Positions 20,112-29,993 of a stretch of DNA of 64,000 nt are shown in pieces (position 1 is the stretch's first letter; each line of letters begins with the position of its first letter). The notes below the pieces were generated by a model that did no database searches, was not told where the DNA came from, and worked only from the letters and a program-made list of their open reading frames with translations. Made by a program: the position numbers and the translations under genes. The stretch comes from Escherichia phage inny, in sequence record MN850601.1; one strand, 5' to 3'.

Positions 20112-21059
20112 TTAGAAACAGTGCAGGAAGTTTCGACCATACTGCAAACCAATAGGAGCAAATGGGATATCATCATCGAAATCTTGAACAACAGGTTCTG
20201 GTTCTTTCGGTGCTGGTTCTTTCTTCTCTACTTTTTTAGTTTCTTTCTTAACTTCTTGTACTGGGGTAGACATTCCACGGATAGCAGCAGCTACTTTATC
20301 AGACAAAGCAAGAACTTCACGAGCAGCTTCAATAATCTCTTCTGCCGTTACAGTTTTACCTGTATGATCACGACAAGCGTTAAGAATTGCGTGTCCAACT
20401 GAAGCACCAAGATCATAGTCAGTCACATCAACGCCACGATCTTTAGCAATTTCTGCTTTCAGAGTAACAGTTGCAGATTGTACCACACCAGCCAAGTCGA
20501 AAGCATCACCTTTCACACCAGCACGTAGAAGCTCCAGAGCGCCGTTTACAGCGTGTCCTGTTTCAATCCCTACGGTATCACGTTTTTTGTAGTTAGGCTT
20601 GCTACCTTCGTTATTAGATGGCTTATTTCCACCTTTTGAAGAAGATTGTGCTTGCTGAACACCTTCTGTTGAAAGAATAGTGATTTTACCTTTAGAGGAA
20701 TTGTAGTATGTTTTGCCATTCCATTCAGAAGGTTTAACATCCATAGTTAGTTCTACACCTTTTTCGATAGTAACCCACTTATCACCATCTTTAACTTGCA
20801 GGTTTTCATGTTCTGGGTGCAGTTTAACTTCACCTAGGCTAACCCAAACACCTTTATCATCAGCACCAGCACCTTTCTCTTTAATAAGCAGGGATGCTTT
20901 GTGAGTTGATTCAATTTTCTTATCTGGTTGACCTGCAACCTTAATATAAGAGACTTTCATTTCATCAAACTTATCCAGTTTGACATATTCAACGATACCT
21001 TCAGCCCAGAATGCTTCTTTTTTAGTACGACGGTCGATTTCAGAATTAATTACTGGCAT
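20112..21059 (-). CDS. ssb: single-stranded DNA-binding protein
   Basis: 315 aa; Gly/Ser/Lys-rich linker and acidic DFDDDIPF motif identical to the E. coli SSB C-terminal tip, here followed by 15 extra residues. Confidence 0.7.
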   Translation of the reverse strand: MPVINSEIDRRTKKEAFWAEGIVEYVKLDKFDEMKVSYIKVAGQPDKKIESTHKASLLIKEKGAGADDKGVWVSLGEVKLHPEHENLQVKDGDKWVTIEKGVELTMDVKPSEWNGKTYYNSSKGKITILSTEGVQQAQSSSKGGNKPSNNEGSKPNYKKRDTVGIETGHAVNGALELLRAGVKGDAFDLAGVVQSATVTLKAEIAKDRGVDVTDYDLGASVGHAILNACRDHTGKTVTAEEIIEAAREVLALSDKVAAAIRGMSTPVQEVKKETKKVEKKEPAPKEPEPVVQDFDDDIPFAPIGLQYGRNFLHCF

Positions 21060-21075
21060 AAATTCTCCTCTATAA

Positions 21076-21474
21076 TTACATTACTTTAACACAAAACTCT
21101 CGTAAAAGAGTAGCGTCAGTTTCTTCCAACAGGTATTTACCAAGACCAATACCAAATCCTATTTCACCACTTTCGAAATGGAGGATTTGTATCTTTTCTC
21201 CACCAAGATTAATTACTTTTGCTTTTCCAGGATTATCCAAAACATCTCGTATTGTATCCTGTAGTAACATAAGCTCACGTTTTGTGATAGTGGTTTCAGA
21301 TATCTCTTTGTTTTCTACTCTCACTGTTAAACGATTGTATCCACCAAAGAGACATAGTATTTGAATAAAAAAGGTATTATCTTGAGGTTCAACATCTTTT
21401 TTGGTTAGCTCAAGACGATTAGTTTCTCTACTGTAGAACGTCTCGACTAAGATTTTAGAACGATTATCTGTCAT
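21076..21474 (-). CDS. hypothetical protein
   Basis: 132 aa ORF with GAGGA RBS. Confidence 0.45.
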   Translation of the reverse strand: MTDNRSKILVETFYSRETNRLELTKKDVEPQDNTFFIQILCLFGGYNRLTVRVENKEISETTITKRELMLLQDTIRDVLDNPGKAKVINLGGEKIQILHFESGEIGFGIGLGKYLLEETDATLLREFCVKVM

Positions 21475-21517
21475 TCAAGTCCTCATAATAACACATAATT
21501 ATAATGTTTGTCAACAC

Positions 21518-22111
21518 TTAAATTTTAAATTCTTCATTGTTAAATGAATCCAGTGTACGTACTTCTGGTTCTTTGGGAATGAAAACGTCTTTTACAAAAC
21601 GGAACATAGGGAAACGTTCTGCCATTTTACGGACGTGTGCTTCTTTACCCGTGTATCGGTGATTAATAGTACAAATATTAGTTTTCAGTGCAAATTCAAA
21701 ATCTGGATGATATACGTAATTTTGACCATCCCAGTAACACAAGCAAATAGCTACATCAAAGTTCCATACGATTTCACTGCGTACACCTTCTTCCATGATC
21801 ATAAAGTTAAACTTAAGATCTTTATAGTATGCTTCAAATACCCATTTCAAATGTGGTAGTTCGGCATAAGTGTGTTCTGTTTGCTTAGTAAGTTGTTTAA
21901 CATTACGTGCACCAACACCCAACATCAAAAATTTCTCTACTAGTACGAGTGTATTGTGGTTAGGCATACGCAAGTAAATATCAATATCTTGCGCAGGTTT
22001 CTCTAATCGCCAGTCACGTACAGCGCCGCCAGCTACAATTGCAAACGGATCTACCAGTTGGCACATACGTAATACTTCTAAAGCTCGTACTTTTTGATCT
22101 TCAATATTCAT
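21518..22111 (-). CDS. minimal Pol-beta-superfamily nucleotidyltransferase
   Basis: 197 aa; VAGGAVRDWRLEKPAQDIDIYL = GGxVRD plus DxD catalytic pattern as in CCA-adding/polyA polymerase head domains. Confidence 0.5.
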   Translation of the reverse strand: MNIEDQKVRALEVLRMCQLVDPFAIVAGGAVRDWRLEKPAQDIDIYLRMPNHNTLVLVEKFLMLGVGARNVKQLTKQTEHTYAELPHLKWVFEAYYKDLKFNFMIMEEGVRSEIVWNFDVAICLCYWDGQNYVYHPDFEFALKTNICTINHRYTGKEAHVRKMAERFPMFRFVKDVFIPKEPEVRTLDSFNNEEFKI

Positions 22112-22250
22112 ATTTTCTCCTATCTCTTATGGTCTTTGCGTTATTCTAGATGTTCAAACATCTAATTATGAAATGGTTTAAAAGTGCGGAACAACCTTGG
22201 CAATCACAGATTGTTCCACATAAAAACTCCTTATAAAACAATATGTTAGA

Positions 22251-24830
22251 CTAGTGACAAGACGCCCATGAGTTACCAACATCGTAACCAGCAGTGAGAG
22301 GTACATTAAGATTGTAATACTCACCAGCTTTATTAACAGCGATAGATGCTAATTCTCCAGCACGACTGTAGGCTGTAAACCAACCACCTTTCGGAGATTC
22401 ATGTACGTTAGCCCAAATCTTGCCAGTACGTTTCTCTTCCTCTTCTTTCCAGGCATTAACCTTATCCAAACATTCTTTATCAATTTTCTTTTGTTCTTCT
22501 GGATCATCAACTTGAGTCCAACCTAAAGATTCTTTAGAAAACCATTTAAAATGCACCAGATCACGAGTTACTTCAAGCTGTGCTTCATCGTGATATGCAA
22601 TCATTTGTTGAACGAATGACTTATTTTTCCAGTCATCAACAAAAAAGTCAACAGCTAATCCTTCTTCTTCGATAAGATCGTCGTAGATAACCATTGCTCT
22701 TTTTGCACAAATAACACCACCACTCTGGAACAGAGAGTTAAGTATTGCGTGTGCAGATCGTGTAGGTACTTTTCTACCATCAATACCAAGAATGTATTTC
22801 TTACCTGTTTTAACCCAAAAATCATGCAGACGTTCTTTAAGAAGCGCAAGAGGTTTTGCAGCTTCCCAGAAAGCATCGTATACAAGTTGTCCTGTATACA
22901 TATCACTACCTATAGTTTTTGCTACTTTTGCAGCTTGAGCACCATAAGTAATACCATACTTAACAGATTTAGCAGGGCTTCGTTCAAACTTACGACCAAT
23001 AGTGTCAGAAATACGTCGAGCCATCATTGTATGAACATCATTAGGTTTTTCCAATAATAGAGCATTACAATATTCGTGTGGTTCCTGCTCGTACCGCCAA
23101 CAGTAGTGTGATTCTATTTTTGCCTCAAGAGAATCAAAGTCATAACCAATTTGGAAGTATTTTGGAACTTCTACACCAAATAAGTTACGCATTTCATATC
23201 CGTACAGAGATGTTACACGTGGGATATTTGCTACTAACCTATGTTTCATACGAGACGTAGCTGCATCACACGTTGCAGCAGGGGTTGGTATACGACCATC
23301 AGCCCTTACTGCCGCCAGATAACCTTTATCGTAATCCTCTTCATCTTCTTCCCAATCAGCACCACCACCTAGGATAGAGTTTCTACGATGTTTATACGTA
23401 AGATATTGCACAATCTGCGTAGCATAAGGAAACTTTTCACCCAGTGCTTCCAAGTTAGGACAAATATCTTTCTCTTGCCCTTTTGTAAAGGAAGGGTTAG
23501 TAAGCACTTTAACACCACGACCTTTAGCTTTAGCAATACGATCTCTTAGTTTCCATTCCAAAGTTTCTGGTGTGCACTCCAGATGATCACATCTGTCCTG
23601 GCAGAAGTTAGATGCTAATGTTTGATCAACATAGTCACGAATAGCTTTCTCCATTTGTGCTTCATCTTTCTTAATCTTAGTGCCAGATTTAAGAGTGATA
23701 TCTTTATCTTTATATTCAGATGGACTCCAACCTAAACCAACTAACCAGTTTTTAATATGTGTAGTGTCGTCTAAAGTAGCAGGTACTGTAGGATCACAAA
23801 TAGGTTCTTCTGCTGGAATAGGGAGTTTAAACTCTTTACCTAATGCAAATAGCCACCAACCATCTTCTTTTTGTACAAGTTCACCAGAATGTTTCTCTGC
23901 AAACTTTATCATGTTACTTGAAGGTTCACCATTCTTTTTAAACTGTAGTTTAGGTGGAATGAATGATTTCAAATAACCTTTAGTAGCAGGTTTAGGAGGT
24001 AACACAGGTTCTGCCTCTAAACGACATGCTTCCATTCGAGCATCCAGATCACGAATATTATCTTCTGCTTGTTTCATATTGAAAGCAAAGCCACGGTGCT
24101 CTTGACGTGTAATAATATCAGCTACACGTTGTTCTAAGTTAAAGGGTTCAGACCATTTATTATAATCACCCCACTCTTCCATCAAATAACGGAATACTGC
24201 GGTGTTAGCTTTGTTATCGTAAATACAGTAATACAGCATATCTGCTGCAAATGTTTTAAATCTTTCAGTTTCAGGAATGTTTTTTCTAAAATCAATTTTA
24301 ACATCCCCTCCAGCTTTCTTAGATAACTCTGCCAGACTATGACCACCGAAGCGATCAGGGTTTAGTGTCTTACTTAAGATCATAGTATCACAAATTTCAA
24401 TGTTACTATTACCCCAAGTATTGTACTTAATACTGTAGTTGAGTTTAAAAAATAATTTAATTGCCAGTAAGTCAAAGTTAATGATGTTATGTCCAACTAC
24501 TTTGGTAATTTTATAGTTTGAATTACCTTTAAATTTACCTGTTCCATTTACAAAATCAGGAAAATCTTTAAGAGGGAAATGGGTATATTCTAAATGCTCA
24601 TATTCCTCCAGTCGGTATTCATACTTTCCGTCAGTCTCAACATACGGACGACCATCGAAAAGATATTTATCACCATCATGGAAAGCAATAATCTCTCCAG
24701 TATCATGACTTTCGCACACAATACAGTGCATTGCAAAACTATCTTTTAAACGATATGGACTTGCCAAGTAATCTACACTTTCGTCATTAAGCAAGTTGTT
24801 ACTTTCAATGTCGAAAGTAAAAGCTCCCAT
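22251..24830 (-). CDS. family A DNA polymerase with 3'-5' exonuclease domain
   Basis: 859 aa; exo motif FDIESNNL near N-terminus; polymerase motifs DFDSLEAK, KSVKYGITYG and HDE; AGGAGG RBS. Confidence 0.85.
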   Translation of the reverse strand: MGAFTFDIESNNLLNDESVDYLASPYRLKDSFAMHCIVCESHDTGEIIAFHDGDKYLFDGRPYVETDGKYEYRLEEYEHLEYTHFPLKDFPDFVNGTGKFKGNSNYKITKVVGHNIINFDLLAIKLFFKLNYSIKYNTWGNSNIEICDTMILSKTLNPDRFGGHSLAELSKKAGGDVKIDFRKNIPETERFKTFAADMLYYCIYDNKANTAVFRYLMEEWGDYNKWSEPFNLEQRVADIITRQEHRGFAFNMKQAEDNIRDLDARMEACRLEAEPVLPPKPATKGYLKSFIPPKLQFKKNGEPSSNMIKFAEKHSGELVQKEDGWWLFALGKEFKLPIPAEEPICDPTVPATLDDTTHIKNWLVGLGWSPSEYKDKDITLKSGTKIKKDEAQMEKAIRDYVDQTLASNFCQDRCDHLECTPETLEWKLRDRIAKAKGRGVKVLTNPSFTKGQEKDICPNLEALGEKFPYATQIVQYLTYKHRRNSILGGGADWEEDEEDYDKGYLAAVRADGRIPTPAATCDAATSRMKHRLVANIPRVTSLYGYEMRNLFGVEVPKYFQIGYDFDSLEAKIESHYCWRYEQEPHEYCNALLLEKPNDVHTMMARRISDTIGRKFERSPAKSVKYGITYGAQAAKVAKTIGSDMYTGQLVYDAFWEAAKPLALLKERLHDFWVKTGKKYILGIDGRKVPTRSAHAILNSLFQSGGVICAKRAMVIYDDLIEEEGLAVDFFVDDWKNKSFVQQMIAYHDEAQLEVTRDLVHFKWFSKESLGWTQVDDPEEQKKIDKECLDKVNAWKEEEEKRTGKIWANVHESPKGGWFTAYSRAGELASIAVNKAGEYYNLNVPLTAGYDVGNSWASCH

Positions 24831-24871
24831 TCTCCCTCCTTAAAATATTTCTAAAGTCTTAATTTGTTAAT

Positions 24872-24900
24872 ACTGTACCACAAATTAATTGTTTTGTAAA
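24872..24900 (-). promoter_or_regulatory. candidate sigma70-like promoter upstream of DNA polymerase gene
   Basis: Minus-strand TTTACA, 17-nt spacer, TACAGT; overlaps upstream hairpin. Confidence 0.25.
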
Positions 24901-24922
24901 GGGGCTTTCGCCCCTTCTTGTT
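24898..24922 (-). terminator. hairpin terminator
   Basis: GGGGC-TTTC-GCCCC hairpin between upstream gene stop and polymerase gene. Confidence 0.45.
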
Positions 24923-25316
24923 ATTTATTGTCAGCACTTAGTTGTACTTTAATAAGGCAATTAGGGACACCATTGGTATTTCTCAAGCCTACACGTTCAA
25001 TTTTAACAGTGCCTGTCAAACCATTAAAAGTGGAAACAATGTTATTAATGTTTTCATCCTTACTAGTGATATCAAGAATAACTTTATCACTAACATTTTT
25101 CAACATACGATCTACAAGCTCTCCCACAAAACCACTGGTAGTTTGAATGAGAAGGTATAGACAACCATCTTCAAACCACAAATGTTCACCATAAGCATAA
25201 CCGTATGGTTCTAATTCTGATCCGTCTTGAAATTTAAACTTAGCAATAGTTTTCGTATAATCATACGCTAAAGCAGAAGGGCATACCCCATAGAGGATAT
25301 TTTCGTTGTCTTTCAT
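24921..25316 (-). CDS. hypothetical protein (start moved to internal ATG with GGAG RBS)
   Basis: ORF 24921..25445 overlaps primase-helicase 3' end; ATG at 25316 preceded by TAAGGAGAAAAAT directly after primase stop. Confidence 0.45.
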   Translation of the reverse strand: MKDNENILYGVCPSALAYDYTKTIAKFKFQDGSELEPYGYAYGEHLWFEDGCLYLLIQTTSGFVGELVDRMLKNVSDKVILDITSKDENINNIVSTFNGLTGTVKIERVGLRNTNGVPNCLIKVQLSADNK

Positions 25317-25326
25317 ATTTTTCTCC

Positions 25327-27099
25327 TTAATAAGAACCAGCAGAAATATTTTCTGGGTTACTTGTGTATTGATCGTAATCGTGAAGTGTAGCTGTTTTAA
25401 TCTCATAAAAGAAACTACCTGCTGCACCAGTCTCTGAAAACTCACGGTTCTTTAGAATGTAGCAATATGTGCGGTTACGTTCCATAGGATCTTCAGCTTG
25501 TTTATCACGCTCCAGCGCAATTGTGATACCAGCACCTTTAGCAAGGAAGCTACTACCCATTGCATCATCTTCTACAATATGTTCATTACTATTGTTAGAA
25601 GACTTTTTAACGTGTGAAATTACAACAATGGTTATTGCGTACTCTTTCATAATGCGTTTCAGCCACGTCGCAAGTTCCTCTTGTTGTGACACGTCCATAC
25701 CAGAAAGCAAGTCAGAATAAGGGTCGATAACAAGAATGGTTACTCCGAAATAAATAATCATTTCCAGAACCTTCTCTTTAATCACATCTACGTTAGCTCC
25801 ACGATCATCACAAACATAGAAACGTGGTGTTCCATCTTCTCGTTCGTAAAAATCACGAATCTTTTCTTCATTATCTTTTAAAATCTTTTCCTTCTCTTCT
25901 TTCGTTTTACGGTGAAGAGGGATATGCAAGAATGAAGACAGTAAGTTACGAGAATACTTCTTATACGTTGCCTCCAAAGATAAAATACCAAGAGTATGTT
26001 CTGGGTGTGCAAGAATAATGTGTTTCGTAATCTCGTTAACCAACAGTGTCTTACCGATACTTGTTTTTGCAAGTATAACAGTAATTTCTTCTTCTACCAA
26101 GCCTCCACCTAACATATTTGAAGCAACACGCATGAATGGAGGAAGGGTGATCATTTTAGCTTCCAGGCATTCCAAGGCTGCTTCATACAGTACGTTAGAA
26201 GCGTAAACACCAGCAGGTGTGTACAGTTTAGCTTTGAAAAAGCGATCAATAAAATGATCAATTTTTCCTTCTACTAGTGCCTGGTTAGGATCTTTAACAT
26301 CAGTTAGTTCCATCACGTAAACTTTATTACGTGGTAAGATTTTAACACATTTCTCAACTGCTGCACGTCCAGCTTCATCATTATCCATACATAGAACAAT
26401 CTTTTTAAATTGGTCTAAGAATTTATAACGATGTTGAAGCTGCTTATGCAGAGATGTTTCGCCACAAGTACCAGATACTACAGCAGGAACAGGATATTTA
26501 CCACCCTTGTTATAATCTTTTAGCATCTGTGTTGCAGCCAGCATATCGTGTTCACCACCAACGATTAGAATAGTACCGCTGTGGTTACGATATTTAAACT
26601 CCCCAAAAAGATCACAATCCTTTCCTGTTTCACCGATAGGATGTGAGAAATCTTTTGGATCGATACGTTGTTTATACCCAGCAATATTGTAATCTTTAGT
26701 TGTAGGGTATAGTGTTGAAATTACTTCGCCAGTAGCTTCATCGTACATATAACGTACACCGAAAGGCTTAGAGATATCTTCACGAATACCGCGATAACCT
26801 TTTGGATTAGTTCCAGTGCTGGCTTTTAGTTTATCATGTACTTCTGGATTAAACTCACTACCCAAGATATCCTCCTCTTCAATTTCTTCGCCGTGTGCAT
26901 TTAACCATTTTTGATCAGGGATAGTAAAGCCACAAGAAAAACAATGTGCGCCTCGATGGTCTTCATCGGCATCTAAGCCATATACCATCAAATTGTTTTG
27001 TGATCGATCACGCCCTCCTTTCATACAACGAGGACACCCAGTATGTCCTTCTTGACTCAGATCAATGTTATACCCATATTTATTTACAACATAAGACAC
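25327..27099 (-). CDS. bifunctional primase-helicase (T7 gp4-like)
   Basis: 590 aa; N-terminal zinc-binding CPRC...CFSCGF; central TOPRIM-like region; C-terminal helicase with Walker A ILAKTSIGKT and Walker B ILVIDPYSD. Confidence 0.75.
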   Translation of the reverse strand: MSYVVNKYGYNIDLSQEGHTGCPRCMKGGRDRSQNNLMVYGLDADEDHRGAHCFSCGFTIPDQKWLNAHGEEIEEEDILGSEFNPEVHDKLKASTGTNPKGYRGIREDISKPFGVRYMYDEATGEVISTLYPTTKDYNIAGYKQRIDPKDFSHPIGETGKDCDLFGEFKYRNHSGTILIVGGEHDMLAATQMLKDYNKGGKYPVPAVVSGTCGETSLHKQLQHRYKFLDQFKKIVLCMDNDEAGRAAVEKCVKILPRNKVYVMELTDVKDPNQALVEGKIDHFIDRFFKAKLYTPAGVYASNVLYEAALECLEAKMITLPPFMRVASNMLGGGLVEEEITVILAKTSIGKTLLVNEITKHIILAHPEHTLGILSLEATYKKYSRNLLSSFLHIPLHRKTKEEKEKILKDNEEKIRDFYEREDGTPRFYVCDDRGANVDVIKEKVLEMIIYFGVTILVIDPYSDLLSGMDVSQQEELATWLKRIMKEYAITIVVISHVKKSSNNSNEHIVEDDAMGSSFLAKGAGITIALERDKQAEDPMERNRTYCYILKNREFSETGAAGSFFYEIKTATLHDYDQYTSNPENISAGSY

Positions 27100-27111
27100 A
27101 GGATTCTCCTA

Positions 27112-27381
27112 CTAAAATGATTCGTTTGTCTCCATAATATATTGCATTTCCAAATCTTCCATATGTTTCTTAAATTGGTAAACAATTTCCGATGGGGAAA
27201 TATCTATATCAAAAAGTTCTTTTGTACCAGAATAAAATCTAATACCATCAACAATAAGACCACCATAATAATCCCAATCACTTTCTCGTGAGAAAGGGTT
27301 AGGTTCTTCATAATAGTAATCTACTTCAACAATAATAGGTTCTTTATTATCTTGTTTATACTCAAAATCAAAAGTGTTCAT
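27112..27381 (-). CDS. hypothetical protein
   Basis: 89 aa; TAATG stop/start coupling with upstream glycosyltransferase gene. Confidence 0.4.
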   Translation of the reverse strand: MNTFDFEYKQDNKEPIIVEVDYYYEEPNPFSRESDWDYYGGLIVDGIRFYSGTKELFDIDISPSEIVYQFKKHMEDLEMQYIMETNESF

Positions 27382-28325
27382 TATAAATCCTCGATAAGCA
27401 GTCTGCGGGTTTCATTTAAATCATCAATATTGTAGTTATCTCTTACATACTTAGCAAGAGCCAATCCCTTCTCAATACAAACATCAGGAGATTCGATTAA
27501 GTATTCTACAATATCTTTCCACTCTTTAACTGAATCAGCAAAGAAGATTAGATCTTTAAATTCTTCAGTATAATAGTTCTCTCGTGGTGAACAAACGAGT
27601 GGCAAACCTTTAGCACCAGCTTCAAGAATTTTTAAATTACTTTTGGCATTATTAAAATGATTATTTACTAATGGAGCTATGGAGATTTGATGACCATCGT
27701 ATGCTTCCATATAACACTCATAAGGACGAATACCTTCATAAACACAATCTGGTTGAATATCTTCTTTAATTTGCAACCATTGAGCACTACTTAACTCTTC
27801 GTGATCTCTACGAAATCCACATAAAGTTAAATCTTTACCAAAACCAGGAAGAATTGCTAAATCATGTTTATGTGTTTCACTTCCCGCCCAAACTAGTGGA
27901 CTTTTAGAATAACGGTCTTTCGTAAGAACAAACTGTCCTTCATCAAAAGGTAATCCGTTAGGCACAATATGTACATTATCATTGTATTGGCTTAATTCAA
28001 CCTTTAATGCCGGAGTTGTTGTAGTTACAAGATCGCTTCTTTCAAGGAACCATTTTAGGTCATCTCGGATTTGATTTTCAAATAGTCCTTCAAGCATATG
28101 CCCTTCAGGAATAATTAAAGAATCATCCAGATCCATTACCAATTTAAACCCAAGTTGTTTAAGAGCCAGGAAACCTGGCTTTCCACGTGTTGGTACTCCA
28201 TTGAACACAAAAATATTATGCTTAGGATTAATTGTCAGTTTGCGTTTATATGGCAAAATGATTCTATGAAAATCACATATACTATACTTTTCATTTCCGC
28301 GTGTGTCAAGAATAATATTAGGCAT
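27381..28325 (-). CDS. glycosyltransferase, GT-B fold (GT1/GT4-like)
   Basis: 314 aa; C-terminal NAKSNLKILEAGAKGLPLVCS resembles GT4 E-x7-E region; AAGGAG RBS. Confidence 0.6.
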   Translation of the reverse strand: MPNIILDTRGNEKYSICDFHRIILPYKRKLTINPKHNIFVFNGVPTRGKPGFLALKQLGFKLVMDLDDSLIIPEGHMLEGLFENQIRDDLKWFLERSDLVTTTTPALKVELSQYNDNVHIVPNGLPFDEGQFVLTKDRYSKSPLVWAGSETHKHDLAILPGFGKDLTLCGFRRDHEELSSAQWLQIKEDIQPDCVYEGIRPYECYMEAYDGHQISIAPLVNNHFNNAKSNLKILEAGAKGLPLVCSPRENYYTEEFKDLIFFADSVKEWKDIVEYLIESPDVCIEKGLALAKYVRDNYNIDDLNETRRLLIEDL

Positions 28326-28336
28326 ATATCTCCTTG

Positions 28337-29311
28337 TTAAAGACTTTCAATAACTTGACGACGCAGTTCATTGGCATCTGCAAGATTATAATTAAGACGA
28401 ACGTGTTCTGCAAGCATCATACCACGATCTTCTGTGTATCTAGGGTTCCTCATTAGCTTGACAACTTCATAATGCCAAGATGCTTTAGAGTCTGCATAGA
28501 TAACAGCCTTTGCATCTACCGGATTGAAGTACGGCAGCACAGGAGAACAGATAATAGGAAGACCCTTTGCACCTGCTTCCAAAATCTTCAAATTGCTTTT
28601 ACAGTTGTTGAAGTCATTATCTACCAGGGGAGCAATTGCAATACTGTGACCGTCATACACAGACATATACTCACCTAAATTTTTAATAGCTGGTTTATAC
28701 TGTGCATTTGGAATCTTACGTTTTATTTTAACCCACTCCGCAGTAGTTAGATACTGACTATTATTTCCAACAGGTGCAGAAGGATACACTTCATACCCTG
28801 CAATTGTCAATAGTGTATCATCAAATGTATTAGCTACAAGAGATAAATCAGGTTCGTGGCTTGCTCCTCCAGCCCAGATAATAGGCGTGTCAGAATTACG
28901 GTCTTTTGTCAAAGTAAATTGACCTTCGTCGTAAGGTAGTGCGTTTCTAATAACGACAACATTACGATTTAAATGACGAATTTTGTAAGCTAGGTATTCT
29001 GTTGTTACAGTAACAACATCTGCTAACTTGACCATCTCTACAATAGTCTTTGAGTGATTAGTAAATACGCCAGCCATATAATGTTCAGGATTAAGTGAAT
29101 AAAAATCATCTAAATCAACAATAATCTTAACACCTTGTGCCTTCAGGCGTTTAACCTCGTCTGCTCCACGAGAATACACTCTATTAAAAACTAAAACGTC
29201 TTTCTTAGGTTTAAACGTATTTCCAGCAAATGGCATTACAATACGATGGTAATCACAACCACTGCCTAACTTATTATCACACTTAAGTACAGGAGTATTA
29301 GGATTTACCAT
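28337..29311 (-). CDS. glycosyltransferase, GT-B fold, paralog of 27381..28325 (start set at internal ATG 29311)
   Basis: Colinear similarity to neighbour including CKSNLKILEAGAKGLPIICS; N-terminus aligns from MVNPNTPV; GAGGAGG RBS. Confidence 0.6.
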   Translation of the reverse strand: MVNPNTPVLKCDNKLGSGCDYHRIVMPFAGNTFKPKKDVLVFNRVYSRGADEVKRLKAQGVKIIVDLDDFYSLNPEHYMAGVFTNHSKTIVEMVKLADVVTVTTEYLAYKIRHLNRNVVVIRNALPYDEGQFTLTKDRNSDTPIIWAGGASHEPDLSLVANTFDDTLLTIAGYEVYPSAPVGNNSQYLTTAEWVKIKRKIPNAQYKPAIKNLGEYMSVYDGHSIAIAPLVDNDFNNCKSNLKILEAGAKGLPIICSPVLPYFNPVDAKAVIYADSKASWHYEVVKLMRNPRYTEDRGMMLAEHVRLNYNLADANELRRQVIESL

Positions 29312-29984
29312 ATTTTTGAGCCTCCTCATAAGAGATAAAAGTTTTACCATTGCGAAGATCCTCCAGTGATTGTTTATATTGTTCCCAGTTTACACCAATC
29401 CCCTGTTCTTTCTCTTCTTTTGACAGATTCGCAAAAGGTAAAGGATTATCTCCAAATACATCATCAGGATGGATAAACGCCATAATTCGAATAGGACATG
29501 GCACGCCTTGAATACCTCGGTTCAAACCTGCCAGTGGAACGCGATGAATCCACTCTGCATCTTCATATCCATAACCGTGGGTGTATGAGCGGAAATAGCC
29601 AGCTTTCTCAATAACTGCACGGGAATACATACCAAACTGGCACATACCTAGTTCCCAAATAACCACTTCCCCTTCAATACCTTTTACTTTATCTTTAAAG
29701 TATTCAGGCATACCAAAGAAATCCCAACCATTTTCCTTCGCCTGTTTTACAAAATATGTTTCCCAACCTTGAACAACAGGATAGCAATCATCATCAAAAA
29801 TAAACCAGTAATCATACCCTTCATCATAAAACTTTTTCATCAGTTCATTACGAGCATATGCAACACCTTTTCGTTCACGATCATACTGTACAACAAAAGT
29901 AGCATTAGGATCAGTCACAAGATAATCTTTAAGAGGACGCTTACCTACAGTAATAACACCAACACCAATTTTTGTATTTTCCAA
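29298..29984 (-). CDS. glycosyltransferase, GT-A fold (family 2-like)
   Basis: 228 aa; VGVITVGKR...DYWFIFDDDCYP with DxD-type acidic motif; TTG start after AAGGAG. Confidence 0.55.
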   Translation of the reverse strand: MENTKIGVGVITVGKRPLKDYLVTDPNATFVVQYDRERKGVAYARNELMKKFYDEGYDYWFIFDDDCYPVVQGWETYFVKQAKENGWDFFGMPEYFKDKVKGIEGEVVIWELGMCQFGMYSRAVIEKAGYFRSYTHGYGYEDAEWIHRVPLAGLNRGIQGVPCPIRIMAFIHPDDVFGDNPLPFANLSKEEKEQGIGVNWEQYKQSLEDLRNGKTFISYEEAQKYGKS

Positions 29985-29993
29985 AATAACTCC

